Below, piece by piece: positions 1 through 12,700 of a stretch of DNA of 64,000 nt (positions are counted from its first letter, which is position 1; every line of letters begins with the position of its first letter). Below the pieces are notes generated by a model. It searched no databases. It saw nothing but the letters and a program-made list of their open reading frames with translations, and was not told the origin of the DNA. This DNA is from Kudoa neothunni (taxonomy: Eukaryota > Animalia > Cnidaria), in assembly GCA_964304625.1 (NCBI GenBank), contig OZ199839.1:3888670-3952669 (forward strand), written 5' to 3'. Position numbers and translations under genes: made by a program.

Positions 1-1126
1 GGGTTGAGGTTTACCAGATTTTCCTCGAAATTTGATAATTCTTTGACAGTTTCTAGGACATTCAACATTTTTCCAAATTCTGATGGTTCTAGTAAAAAGA
101 AAATTCTAGGAGCACTTAGAATGCAAACAATTTACCCATCTTGTGAACATGTCATAAATTCATTCAAATTTACTGGATTCCAACAGGCATTGTAGGTCAT
201 CGACACATGACCCTAAACCGAGATTCGTGATGAGCTTTGTTGGCATATCAACAATTTTGTAGAAAAAAACAATAAAATTACCTTAGTGTGTTGCATGTCA
301 ACAATGTATTGATCTCCCTTCACACACTCGTAGACACTTACACCATCTTTGTCAAGTAATTTGGCCTAAAAACTGAATAAAAACAATTAGCCTGATAAAT
401 TAGTTTACTTGGGCATTTGATGCGCAAACCAAGATCAGATCATCTCCAGGACTAAACGAAACGTTTCTTATTAAATGTTGGCCAACTGGAGTAGACTGGC
501 GGAAAGACTTGAGATTCCTATCCATTGTATGGAAATCCCAAAAGTTCAACTATTAAAAATTTCCTCAGTAAATTTTTTGAACGACATAATTTTAAGGCCA
601 CTATTAAAAATAATATACTTGATAGTCATAGCTCCCAGTTACAAGTCGAGTACCATTGGAATTGCATGTGATAGCAGATATCTAATTATACACATTTTTA
701 TCACTACATCATTAAAAATTAAAAAAATTACAATTCTCGATCCATGATTCAATGTGACAATATTTGAAAATGGAATATGTGCGTTTGTAATCTAAATTAC
801 AAAAGAATCCAAGATAAAATTAACAATCCACTCAATAACTTCGTTTTCATCTTCATCACCTTCATTATCACTTTCGGACGAAACGACTCTATAGTTTTAT
901 ATCTAAACGATTTTTTTCTTATATTGACATTACTTTTTATCAGTTTTTTGTTGATTTGACTTATTATAATTAACTTTGGTCTCCTCTATAATTTCTTCCA
1001 GGGATATTTCAGACCCCTTTTTACCTACAAACATTTAAATGAAAAATTCCAACATATTCAGTAGCATATACCAGGATATCTAAATCCCATCTGTTTTTCA
1101 AATTCATCGCCCAAATCACCTTCCAT
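1..1126 (-). CDS. WDR70: WD-repeat protein 70 (gastrulation defective 1 homolog), multi-exon, 3' end runs off the window
   Basis: Manual splicing of short GT-AG introns gives MEGDLGDEFEKQMGFR...IPFSNIVTLNHGSR-ISAITCNSNGTRLVTGSYDYQ-LNFWDFHTMDRNLKSFR...AKLLDKDGVSVYECVKGDQYIVDMQHTK-GHVSMTYNACWNPVNLNEFMTCSQDG. This matches the WDR70 motifs (ECIKGDQYIVDMANTKGH; EFMTCSND). Confidence 0.9.
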
Positions 1127-2059
1127 TTTACTCGACTATCATCGTCTGTGGTCGTTTCCTAGCCAAAATTTATTAATTATTTATGTTATCTACATTTTTT
1201 GGAGTCGATACTCCATTAAGTTACATGATAAATTAATTTTTATTCGGATATTCCTTTTCTTAAAACCCTGAATTTAATGAATTGCATCGTTTTAAGGAAA
1301 AATTCGTCTTTTCAATCTCTAAACTCACAACTCATTGAAGTTTAACAGCTTTCATAATATGAGATACACATGGGTTATTAGAGTACGTTGAATTCTTTAT
1401 CATTAAAAATATACGTTTATTTATATTCAAACACATTTAATTAATTTATATAAGTTGTTGAAACTACTTAATCATTAATAAATATGAAATATAATTAATT
1501 AAATTTTGCGTTACGTTTAAATTAGGCAGAGGCTATATTTAATTATTTCTGACATATAAGAGCGAAGCAATGGGCCAGATACGATATGAAGAAAAATTGT
1601 CCGCGCGCGCGTGGATATGTGGAAACATTTGAAAAATGAGCAATAACGGAAATACGAACTTCAGTACCTTGAAAAAACAGTAATAATAATTTTCTTTTGT
1701 TTGATGATTACTTTTACAAAAAGGATTATTCCACAAAAAGATAATATTGGAAGTGTCAAAATAGGAAATGCCATGGAAGATTAAGAACCGACCCCTCTGA
1801 AAATCACAATGTTGAAAAAATTGATTTTAATAATAACACTATATCCTCTGATTAAAAGATTCGGCTAAATTACAATATACGTATAATCTTCGTCAGTTAT
1901 CGTGAGCATTCGAAAAAATCGTATTATAATTATTTTTTGCAAAAATATTCACACTCGAAGATACTGAAACAATTTCAACATTTATTCTAGTTATTCTTGA
2001 TTTTACCTTGAATATATTATAAAAATTTTCTAAAATGTGGGATGTTTGCATTATTTTTT

Positions 2060-2340
2060 ACATGCGTGTATGGTGAGAATATGTACATGACGGTCAGGAA
2101 GAATGTAAACGACGAGAATCTATTCATGTGCATTGTTTGCAGGAAAAGAGGTTTCATTCAAAATAGTCCAATATTTGATATGTCGAGGCTTTCTTTGTGG
2201 ATAATATTTATTGCGATCGAGGGCGTCATCCAAATATGGCCTATAAAGCTTTGCATCAGCATTTGGATATATATCAACAAATTCAACAATATTAGAATTA
2301 AAGCTCATTGTTGGGAACATAATGACTTTAAAATTAGAAG
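2060..2340 (-). pseudogene. Mutator (MULE)-like transposase fragment
   Basis: ORF 2120-2398(-) ends ...RKPRHIKYWTILNETSFPANNAHE, resembling the W-N/T...P-R-T-N-N-x-x-E motif around the catalytic Glu of MULE transposases; followed by a stop. Confidence 0.4.
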
Positions 2341-2356
2341 AAGAAATAATTAAATA

Positions 2357-2817
2357 CAGCGCTACCTCGGGGGTTCGAAGGTCTCGGGGCTTGTTCAAGT
2401 CGGAGTTCGACCAAAAATTTTAAGTTAGAAACACTTTTGAGTTCGAACACATATAGAACGGATATTCAGAACAAATAGAGATGGAATAAAAAACAGAGAA
2501 GAAAAGAACTTCTAGAAGAAGATTCGTTCAATCAAATTGTAGAAACATCATAGAAAGAGAACCCTTTATAATCTTTCGGATTACCACCAAAAAATATTAT
2601 CCAATATTTCATTTTTATTATTATATTTAATATTTATTTTTTTTATATTTAATAAACATAAGATATGCACATTATTTTAATAAGAATAAAAATAGTCATT
2701 TATTTTAGGCGCAGTAACGGATTAAACTAATTTTCATTATTTTCCATAGGGGAAAAATTATTCGGAGTTTGAGCACACCTCTATAACGGATTATGATCAA
2801 AATCCGAGGTTGCATTG
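2357..2817. mobile_element. Tigger/pogo-like MITE (degenerate)
   Basis: Imperfect TIRs: TA-CAGCGCTACCTCGG versus reverse complement of the right end CAATGCAACCTCGG; repeated GAGTTCGA/TTCGGAGTT subterminal motifs at both ends. Confidence 0.45.
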
Positions 2818-5015
2818 CAACCAAACGTTTCCAACATAAAGTAGGGCTTCAGAGATTTCTTTTAATAGAACGAATTAAAATATCTTACATTAAGTGTTCG
2901 TAAAAAATAATTTGTTCAGCAAGAAGATTAGAGATATTTTATAAAAAATCCTATCTCTTATCCTTATGAATGACGCCAATTTCAGAAAATGGAAAATTTG
3001 ATTTGTATTAAAATAATAATCACTTATTTAGTGATGATAGAAATTAAAATCAATTTAAATAATCTAATATTTTAAATACTAGCAACTTGTCTAATTTAAT
3101 GAAATAAATCAATTCAGGAAATTATATGCATTTAATGAAAATAATATTTTTATACATATATTTAGTTTGCAAAACAAAAGACAATACGACTTTTATTGGT
3201 CAAAAGAAGATTTAATTTTAACAGTGAAAAATTACTTTTCTCATTATGAGTGGCTTAGTGCATTTTTATAAGCTCAAAATTGTATTTTATGATCAGTTTT
3301 GATTTTTTTAGATAAAAGAGTAAAAATATATTAAATTATCTAATGTGGCATTAAAATATTTTTTTTTTTTGAGTTTAAAAACCTGGATAAAATTAAAATG
3401 TAAGCAACCGACATATACATATATATAATAAAATGATGCCATAAACAGGCCTAAGTATTTTGAAGCCTATAAAATGACACGAAATCTCTATCAAATATTC
3501 GAGCGTCAAAAAAAGTTAATTTTCGAGAAATATGACGTTATTCACTCGTGAAGTGTAATCTAAAATACTTCTTGTTAATTATTAGGGGATTCTTGCATCG
3601 TTAATATCGTAAATACCGATCGAATATTAGGCGAATTAATCAGAATAGCAACCTTATTCTATTTTCTCAGAAACATTACTATTCATCTTGTTATTTAACA
3701 ATATTCAGAGCGTTAACGAATTACCACAAACCGTGAAATAGCTTACTGTGATACCATAGGGAGCATCTTGGTCTAGAGAGGAGGTGAATCCAATCAACAA
3801 CTGTTATTGCGCATTTTTCGTTGTGTATCCTTATTTTATCGTTTTATAGAATGCAGTTCTATCTCATAAGTCTTGTAAGCTATTAAAGAAACGTTCGAAA
3901 TTATTCATTTAAGAAATTGATTTGCAAATACTAGAAAATGGATATTGCGCCCTAATTTTAGTCACTATGAAATTTAACAATGTCTTAAAATCGAAGTGTA
4001 TTGTCATTATTTGATGATTTTTATTTTAAAGGAGTAAATGAAATTAAACGTTGATGTCAACGTTTTTCTATTTTTATATTTAAAAAAATGATTCAGGGTT
4101 AATTCATTAAACAACAAAAGTTGAACCAATAGTCAATGCAGAAAAACGGGAATATTTTATAATTATAAATTTTATCCACGAGCGTAAATTTATTAGTATC
4201 TTGGTTTTATTTCAGGATTGCATGTTGTTCTTTAAAAATGAGTACATTCGTTGATTTTAAACTATGTGTGTGGTCATTGTAAATGAATACAAAAATATAA
4301 TAATAAATAGATTTGTACGCTTTCATTATTAGATCGTTTTAGGGTTAAATCAACTCTAATATCTTGCATCAAATAGCTGATAAACCTACGGAATTAATTT
4401 CTTCATTAAAGCGGAGTTTAATCGTTGATCAAATTAAAATTTGTTTTAAAAACAATGTATAAAGTATTTTTATTATATTTAATGTAAATAATGTAACTAC
4501 GACAAATGGATAATGATAACAATGTGGATGGAATTTAAATATTTTTTATAAACAATTGTGGACTTAATTATTAAGTAAAAATTGGTTTCTTTTATACATA
4601 TATCCCCGAGAACCTAATATCAGAGATCAAATTGATGATAATTCAAATATACATGATCCGATAGAATATTGGAGGAATCCGACCAACGACAATCAATTAT
4701 AGCAAAATAATTAAATTTTATTTTCTTTCGATTTAATGAATCAATTAGAGTAAATAATAATTGATTAGTAATAAACTAAAATATCTATCTCTAAAATTTG
4801 CGAGAAACGTATATAATGGTTCGGATGGATTAACCCATTCACTAAATCTTATATAAAAGATTAAAATGATGGAATAAATAAATAATTGGCATGTATAACA
4901 TGTTTGAAAATAATCATACAACACATTAATTTTGAAATATTACTAAGTTTTGTTTTATGTGTGCGCAACTAATGGTTATATGGATGTTTATTCTGTCTAA
5001 ACGGATCTTTACATA

Positions 5016-6830
5016 CAGTCGAGATTGGATATCGCGTGGGTTTCTGAGACCAACAAAAACCCACGCAACAAAAAGTTTTTACGCAATATCCAGTCCTTTG
5101 CGTGCGCATTGTACTATAAAATACGATTTTTTGTGTTTACGTCCGATGCCAATTAGTGAAAATCAATTTTTTATGTATAAATATATTATTTAATTAAATG
5201 AAATGAAATGTGATTTATCAAATTTTGTCGAAAAATCTTGTAATTTTAGTTTGTCGGAATCTTTCTCTTGATATTTTTAAAACTCGGTCCATTGTGGGAT
5301 GTAAATCAAACGATCCCGTCGAATCTTCTTTAATAAAAGCTTCCCTCAGAACGTTCACTGCATTTTTCATTTTATTAATTGAAATTTTGATGTCTTCAAT
5401 GATTGATTCGCTATCATCAGATTCGTCACTTATGGACAATAAGTCCTCATTATTTTCTTCCTCACATGTTGCTTCATAATCGTCATCAAACATATTTTCT
5501 GAATCTTCGATTTCATCTAGAAAAAATTAATTTGGTATACGTTAAATATTACCTTGAGAAAAGTTACTGATTTGAGGTATCTCACTCACATTTTCTTGGT
5601 CTATAAACTGATAATAACTTTATTGTCGTAATTTTATTTAATACCTCCAAATATTTTTGATTTTTTAAAGCAATTAATAATAATTTGCGGCGGAATACTG
5701 TCCCAACATTTAGTTAATGTTATCAGAGTCAAGCAATGTGTATTTTTAGATAAGAACAAAAATTTGATATTTTCAAAGCAAGCAATATTTTTGGGATGGC
5801 CTGGACATTGGTCCAACAAAATTAAGACTTTTCTATTCTGATTTATCATCCTTCGGTTAAACTTTTTCATTATTTCTATAAATATACTAGACGTCATCCA
5901 TGCACTTTTTTGTGCATAATATTCACATGGGAGGTGTTTGACTCTTTTAAAACATCTAGGATTTTGAAATTTCCTGATAACAACTAATGGGAACTTATCC
6001 CCATTTAAAGTTGAGGACAGTAAAACAGTCACCCTTTTTTTGGATAATTTTTCCCCTTAATCCCGACTTCCTCCTTTAAAACGTAACTACTATTTTGTAA
6101 CTGCTCATAATAAAGGGCAGTTTCGTCGATGTTAATAACGTCTTTTGGATTATATGCTATGATCAAATCAATGTTCTCAATAATCCATGAGTCGACAGAT
6201 GCAACATCTACATTCGCAGCCTCGCCATGGAACTTTTTGAAAACTATCCCATATCTTGACTTGAACCCTGCAAGTCATCCCTTGCTGGCCTTAAAATTGG
6301 AAACTTTGTTCTCATTTGCAATATAAGAAACCTTTTTGATAATGGCATATCCCGACAGAACGTTACCATTTGACCGTTGTTTAACAAACCAATCATACAC
6401 TTCATCGTCTATATTTTTGAATTTATCTTCGTGCGAAAGAATTCTATCAAGTGTTGAATGACCTTAAATGTGATTTTACAATACTATTCAACAGAAGATT
6501 ACTATACCACTCAATTTAAACTTGGAAATTGTCATTGATTTCGCATCTTTCAACGTTTTTATTGAATTGTAGTAATGGATGATTTCCATTTTCTTCGAAA
6601 TATTGCGTTGTTCACGGGACATAATGAAAAAACACTATCTGAATTAAACCAATTGACCACAAAAAACCACGCAATAATGAGACTTTTTGTATTAATTAAT
6701 TTTTTTTTAATTTTTTGTTAACAAGTATTTTAACATTACAATAAGATAATAACAATTTGGAAAAACTAAATTTCTCTCTTTAAAGGATAACTTTGAAAAT
6801 CTCTAATTACGCAATATCCAGTCTCGACTG
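5016..6830 (-). mobile_element. pogo/Tigger DNA transposon with decayed transposase
   Basis: 22-bp TIRs CAGTCGAGA(T/C)TGGATAT(C/T)GCGT with TA target duplication at both ends; internal transposase fragments on the minus strand. Confidence 0.93.
5218..6622 (-). pseudogene. pogo/Tigger (CENP-B/DDE_1) transposase pseudogene with a 36-nt intron at 5517-5552
   Basis: MSREQRNISKKMEIIHYY (HTH); NIDETALY; PRCFK...YYAQKSAWMTS...LILLDQCPGH; C-terminal RQTKITRFF (PIP-box-like). Contains frameshifts, stops and a deletion of the QPLD region. Confidence 0.88.
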
Positions 6831-7055
6831 TATAAAAAGATGAAAATTATTATAGGAAGCGAAAGATTTTATAATTGCACAAGGTCATGTAATTTTTCTC
6901 TTCTTCAAAGGAATATTTTATTTTGTGTTTCTGAAATCCATAATATTTTAATTTTATGTAACTTTTAATATAAAATTTATCTTTGATAATAAGATTTTCA
7001 TCAATTAATTAAATTATAAATAAATAAAGAGAAAAGTTATATTAAGACATTGTAC

Positions 7056-8952
7056 TAGGGTTTTCCCGATACTGATACCAATAAAATTTCGTTTTTTAAA
7101 CCAATGTATAATGAAGAATTGTGTCAAATTACATTAAAATGTATCTAAATATCTTTAAATTATCCCTTTAAAATTATTCTTACATTTTTATAAATCTTTA
7201 CGCATTTCACCATTGAATACTCCAAAAAACATATTAGGTTTGCAATAAAATAAAAGAATTTTCCATCCGAACGAGATCGGATACACGTGTAGACTCCATC
7301 TTTTTTCAACAAACTTAGAATTGATCTCTCATTTGTTTTGATAAACATTCATAAATTGGTTCGATTTCATGGTTTTTACCGTATAAACACAAATTTTACA
7401 ATAATAAATTTAATTATACAGCTTTTTATAGGTTTTAAGCATGAACAGTTTAAAGCGAGGAGACAACCACGTGCTCTCTAAATATATTTTCTTAGTTTCC
7501 TTGGAGCTGATGAGTTTTTTTAATAACTAATCAACATTTAATTTCAATAGGAAGAAAATTAAGATAGACTATAGTAAGTTATCATTTTTTAGGAGGAATT
7601 CTTACATGTGTGTTTAACATAGAATTCGATAAACGTAGAAATATAGTTCTAAAAAACATAAAACCGCAAAAATTATTATTTCTACATACACATTGTGTTT
7701 ACATCTTAAAATATCCACAATTAGTATATTTGGCCGAATTTTTTGTTAGGAAATTTTAGCACAAAAAAAACTTATGAAATAATAAAAATGAAGTTCCTAA
7801 ATGTTTATGTTGGGGCTGACAGTTAGTCTTCGGCGTCAAAGATATAATGACACACATTATCTTGGTCGGTACCTATGTGTATTAATATACAGTTGGCGCT
7901 AACTATATAAACACCATTATATTAGCCTCTATATTATTATTGTTATATTTGAACGATGGTTCCTTGCCCTAACAGTTTATAATAAAAATTGAATAATTTC
8001 TTCATTTATAACAAAAAATTTTACAAAAAAAATTATAAACTAAAAAAAATCTTACTACATTATTATCTATATTTAAAAGTTTCCAATGTGTTTTTATTAT
8101 ATTGAAAAATGAGACGTTTTTGTGAGATTTTGCAAAAGGTTTATTTTTAAGTTAAGTTTATATAAAATTGTTATGTATCAATAATAAAAAATCTAAATAG
8201 TAATAATAAATAACTTTTCAGTTTATAACTAAGAAAGAAACAAAATAATTCAAATATTGTTGAAAAAAAACGCATTAAGTCTATGCGGGGTCAAAAGTTA
8301 ACGTATTAGATTGCACTTTAAGAGAATGAATAATTCAGGGACAAAAATAAATGACATTGACCTTAATTATTTAGCGTTGATATCCGGATAAGAAATTGTG
8401 AATTAAAAACGAGGATTGATACACTCCTGCACAGAAATGATCATGATTTAAATTTCGAAATTGAAATCGACAAAGTATGATGCTTTAAAAAAATTTAGTT
8501 TGACTGCTTCTATAAATCACTTTGAAACAAAATATTTTCTTGAATGTTATAAAGAAACGTCTCTTTGCGAGTTCTTCTCCAAGCAACGCTAGAAAATTCG
8601 CGCTAGTATCATATAATAATATGGTAAGCGAACAATTTAATTATCTGATACAATATATTACTCACGATTTGATATGTTTATGAATAAAAATACCAATCTC
8701 GCGCGAAATATTTGTTTTACCTCACTAAATTAACCAGTTATCCATGTACTGGATACCCAAACATTATTTGAGAAAATTAACATTTTACTAACCGATAATA
8801 CAATCAATTAGGTTCCCTTACAAGTAAAATCAGTAAATTTTAGAGAAATAAGAATTTTTGTTGAATGGCTAAAAGTTTTGGTGTAATCTCATTAGAATAC
8901 AACAAACGTCTAAAAAAATTGAAATATAAAATGCGGTATCAATGCAACCCTA
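7056..8952. mobile_element. possible old hAT-like non-autonomous element
   Basis: Imperfect TIRs TAGGGTTTTCCCGATAC / TAGGGTTGCATTGATAC; flanking 8-mers match only 5/8 (cattgtac vs gattaaac). Confidence 0.3.
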
Positions 8953-9714
8953 GATTAAACCATGAAAATCATATTATTTACACGCTGTAGAGTCAATTAT
9001 GATTCATTTAACATAATCGTGTTATTATGCTAGCACACGTTCCATTGACAAATGTGTTTTCGGTTTGTGCTAAAGAATTAAATAGTTATCACTGGTTTTG
9101 ATCAAGCTGTTTGTAATCTTTTTCTAACTACACTGACCAAATGAGAGAGAATATTTATATCAAAATAAATATATGCGATTTTATTATTAATGATGGCGAA
9201 ACTACCGGATAAAGTGGTGATTTTGAAGCCCAAAACAAATGAGGAAGTCATGCTTTAGAGTGACACTACAACGACTATGTGTAAAAACCAATATCTTTTC
9301 CACTACTGGCTTACTTTCATAATTAGAAATCGTATCAAATAATCGATTTCTAATATTTCCTGTTTTCGTTTGTTGTAGTGAAAAATCTCTCCGATGAATA
9401 GACACGTCCAACAAACCTATTGCGGATAAATACATAAAAAATTAAATAATTGGATTAGTTTCCCATTCATGTTTTATTAAATAAATAGTTAAAAGTTAAA
9501 AAAATATTAAAATTGGAACAATCATGCATTGGATATAATCATTCATTTAATATATGCATTCATTTGACGTGTTTCTGTTTTGCTATTATTATGTAATAAA
9601 ATCTTTAATAACAATGGCCAGTAATTGAGACTCGAGAAAATGGTCATTGAAAAAATGATTAAACGAATTAGATCAGTGTACAAAATAATAGCCAGTGTTA
9701 GTTGTTACATCTGG

Positions 9715-9726
9715 TGCACATGCGCA
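9715..9726. promoter_or_regulatory. NRF1-like palindromic motif TGCACATGCGCA, 14 bp upstream of the CYB5R4 ATG
   Basis: 11/12 match to the NRF1 consensus TGCGCATGCGCA in very AT-rich context; related motifs precede other genes. Confidence 0.5.
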
Positions 9727-9740
9727 TGATTTTTAATTAA

Positions 9741-12700
9741 ATGAAAAACGAAAACAATGTCCGCATTAAAAGGACGGGTAAAAGTTCATTGGAGTGGATG
9801 AGAAGAGTTCAGAGTGGCGAGAGGCTTATAAAAGTGCCACCGTCCATTTTAAGCAATATTAAGCTTACACTTAAAGAGATCTCAAAACACAATAAGCCTG
9901 ATGATTGTTGGATTATTCTAAATGGTAGACAAATAATTTTACAGATTTTAGTTTTTTAAGAATTTTTCCTCGCCAAAAACAATTATTAATTCAAGTTAAA
10001 GGTGGTGTTTATGATGTGACCGAATATTTGGAATACCATCCATCAGGAGTCGATCAAATTATGAGGGCTGCTGGTAAAGACGGTACATCCCTTTTCAATC
10101 ATGTAATTAATAATCATTTAATCTTTCACATAATTGTATCTTTTTTTTAGTATCATAGCTTTGTGAACTATAAGGCTATGTTAAAAAATTGTTATCTGGG
10201 AGTGGTGGTACCTGATAAAAAAGGTTTTTGTTGCTTTCATTTTGATCGCTGACTTTTGTTATTAGATGAGATAAAAACAAAAAAAAAGTAATCATTTATT
10301 GGGGTTCAATACTTTAATTCATCGCCAAAAATAAAATTAATTAATCGTCTAATTCCTGTGAGACGAATCGTGCTTTAAAGTGATCCCCAATTTACTTATA
10401 TCGTTCTGTCTTTAATATTTACCGAATTGTATTGTTTTTGTAAAATTTTTAATAAAAGATTACATTTATTAATTTTTAATCCCAATATTTATTTTCCATT
10501 AAATATAAGAATAACTATTTCGGTATGTGTACTGTGAAAACATTCATACAGAATTTCCTCATTAATATAAATTTATGAAATCGGATTAAAAAATAATATT
10601 TGTTGTTTTTATCATGTATTCCTGGTCGATGAATAACGAAATAAACGATGTGACTATTATGAGAATGGCCTTTTTACAATGAGATTAAATTGTCTAAGTA
10701 CAATATAGACCTCAAATTTATGACTTTCAGATCTTCAGATCAAAGCTTTTCTGAAACTCATATAGAAAACTCTTTTTGAGCAACAAATTTTATAAGAATT
10801 TAAGGGAATAAATAGAACAATAGAGTTGGTTGTAAGGATAAGTTTTGTAGTTCGAAGGCACACTTTGATGTTAAAATTTTCATTTAGTTATAAATTTTTT
10901 TGCTCTAAATAATTTCGTTGTTCATATGAATTGGATGTTTATTAAGAAGAGAATTTAAAATTTTATATATTAACTTATATTTGTTCATTTCCCATTAAGT
11001 TTAATCTTGTTTATAAAAATTTATTAGAAATATTTTTTCCTCTATTTATTCAACGTGGGCGAATATTATTGATAATAATATATTTTTTATTTGTGAAATC
11101 TTATACAGGGAGTTTTTGAGGTCTTATTAAAAATGAAACAATAACTTTCTTAACTTAAGATGGTTTCAGAAATTTTAGAACTAGGAATGAAAATTTTCCA
11201 ATATTATAATTATCTAGTAAACTTCTTAAGAGATTTATTGCATAGAAATCGTATTAGGTCATGAGAAAAATTAGTTGATTTTTAAAGTATAAATATACTG
11301 AACAATAAACTTTAATCGGGATTTTTTGAGAAAATTATATTTTTTTAATAGAACTATTTTTTATCGTGTTGTGGACGAGTGATTCATTATTGTTAATTAG
11401 AAACAGGGTTTACTACAAAAGAGTATATCGTCTCACGCAATCTTAAAAGATCCTCCAAAATAATTTATAGAGAAAATTTTGACTAGATATTGAGAGATGG
11501 AAACAATTTAACCCTCTCGCGTCAAAAGCTCATCCTTGGGAACAGTTGATTATTATGTTCATGGCGCCTTAATTACAGAGAGTTTACAATGGTTTATTGT
11601 GGCTTTTAATTTTAGGATTTTTTCTACCTCAAAATATGGTTAAACATAATTAAAAAAAAATTATATTTATATAACTGCGTAACTATTTATTTTTCAGTTC
11701 TTAAATCAAAATTAAAAAACGTATTGAATAAATATATAAAAAAGAATACGTGTTACCTAGTATGACCTTTGGTTTGAGAACGTGCGTCGATATTTTAAAC
11801 TAAAATGGATCACAACTTGAACGTTCCCAAGTTGAATAATAGCTGTACTCTCTCACCGAAGAGATCGTTCTTCCAGATACTGATTTATCGGATAGAGACA
11901 CGATTTCTGGTGTTGGGATTAGATGTTCAAAAACCTTGAACGATGTTGATTTTTGTGTTTCATCATCGGATGATTTTGAGTGTGATGTCGTTACAATCAA
12001 CGAATATGAAAATGTGGAGGAGTTGTTGTCTCCAATCGATTTTTTCAAATTCTTTTTTAGCGAAGCATTTATCGAAATGATTACAGACGAAACAAATGTT
12101 TATATGTTCCAATGTGGTGTAAATTTCCCCACCGATATTGATGAAATTCAAAAGTTTCTTGGCATAATTATCTTAATGGGAATTATAAGAATTTCACATT
12201 ACCGCTGCTATTGGAACAGATCAAGCATCGCCCAATTATGATCGATTCACCGAAATTCGACCTTTGTTAGAATATCTCTGGCCTGCGTTTTTAAAAGTAA
12301 AACCAAAAATTTATCATTCAGTGATGACCAAATGATACCTTTCAAGGAGAAATGTAAAGCTAAAGAATACCTTCCTAAGAAACCAACTAAATAAAGGTTT
12401 AAGCGTTTACAAGATGCGAAACTAATGGTTCAGTGTATGATTTCTTTTTGTATGATAGAATAACCCAAACAATTAATTTTTTATGTGGTCAAATTGTGTG
12501 AGACTCTTCCAAGTCATAAACTTTCGTCGTGTATTTCGACAATTTTTTCACATATATTCCCTTGCAAAAAATTATGAAAAGCGCAATATCTAATCTATCG
12601 GAACTATAAGAAGAACCCGAATTAAAAATTACGCATTAACACCTCAAAATCAATTTGGTAAAAAAGGTCGTGGTTCACACAAAAGTTTCCAGGATAAAAT

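Noticed and set aside
3540-3990. Fragments resembling a dual-specificity phosphatase (ILV...STTVIAH...RPNF)
   Set aside because: No HCxxGxxR motif and frames are inconsistent; could be chance.
9202-9435. 77-aa minus-strand ORF divergent from CYB5R4
   Set aside because: No recognisable motifs, and no consistent exon chain could be built.
11103-11460. Tc1/mariner-like remnant starting TACAGGG
   Set aside because: No convincing paired TIR; similarity too weak.
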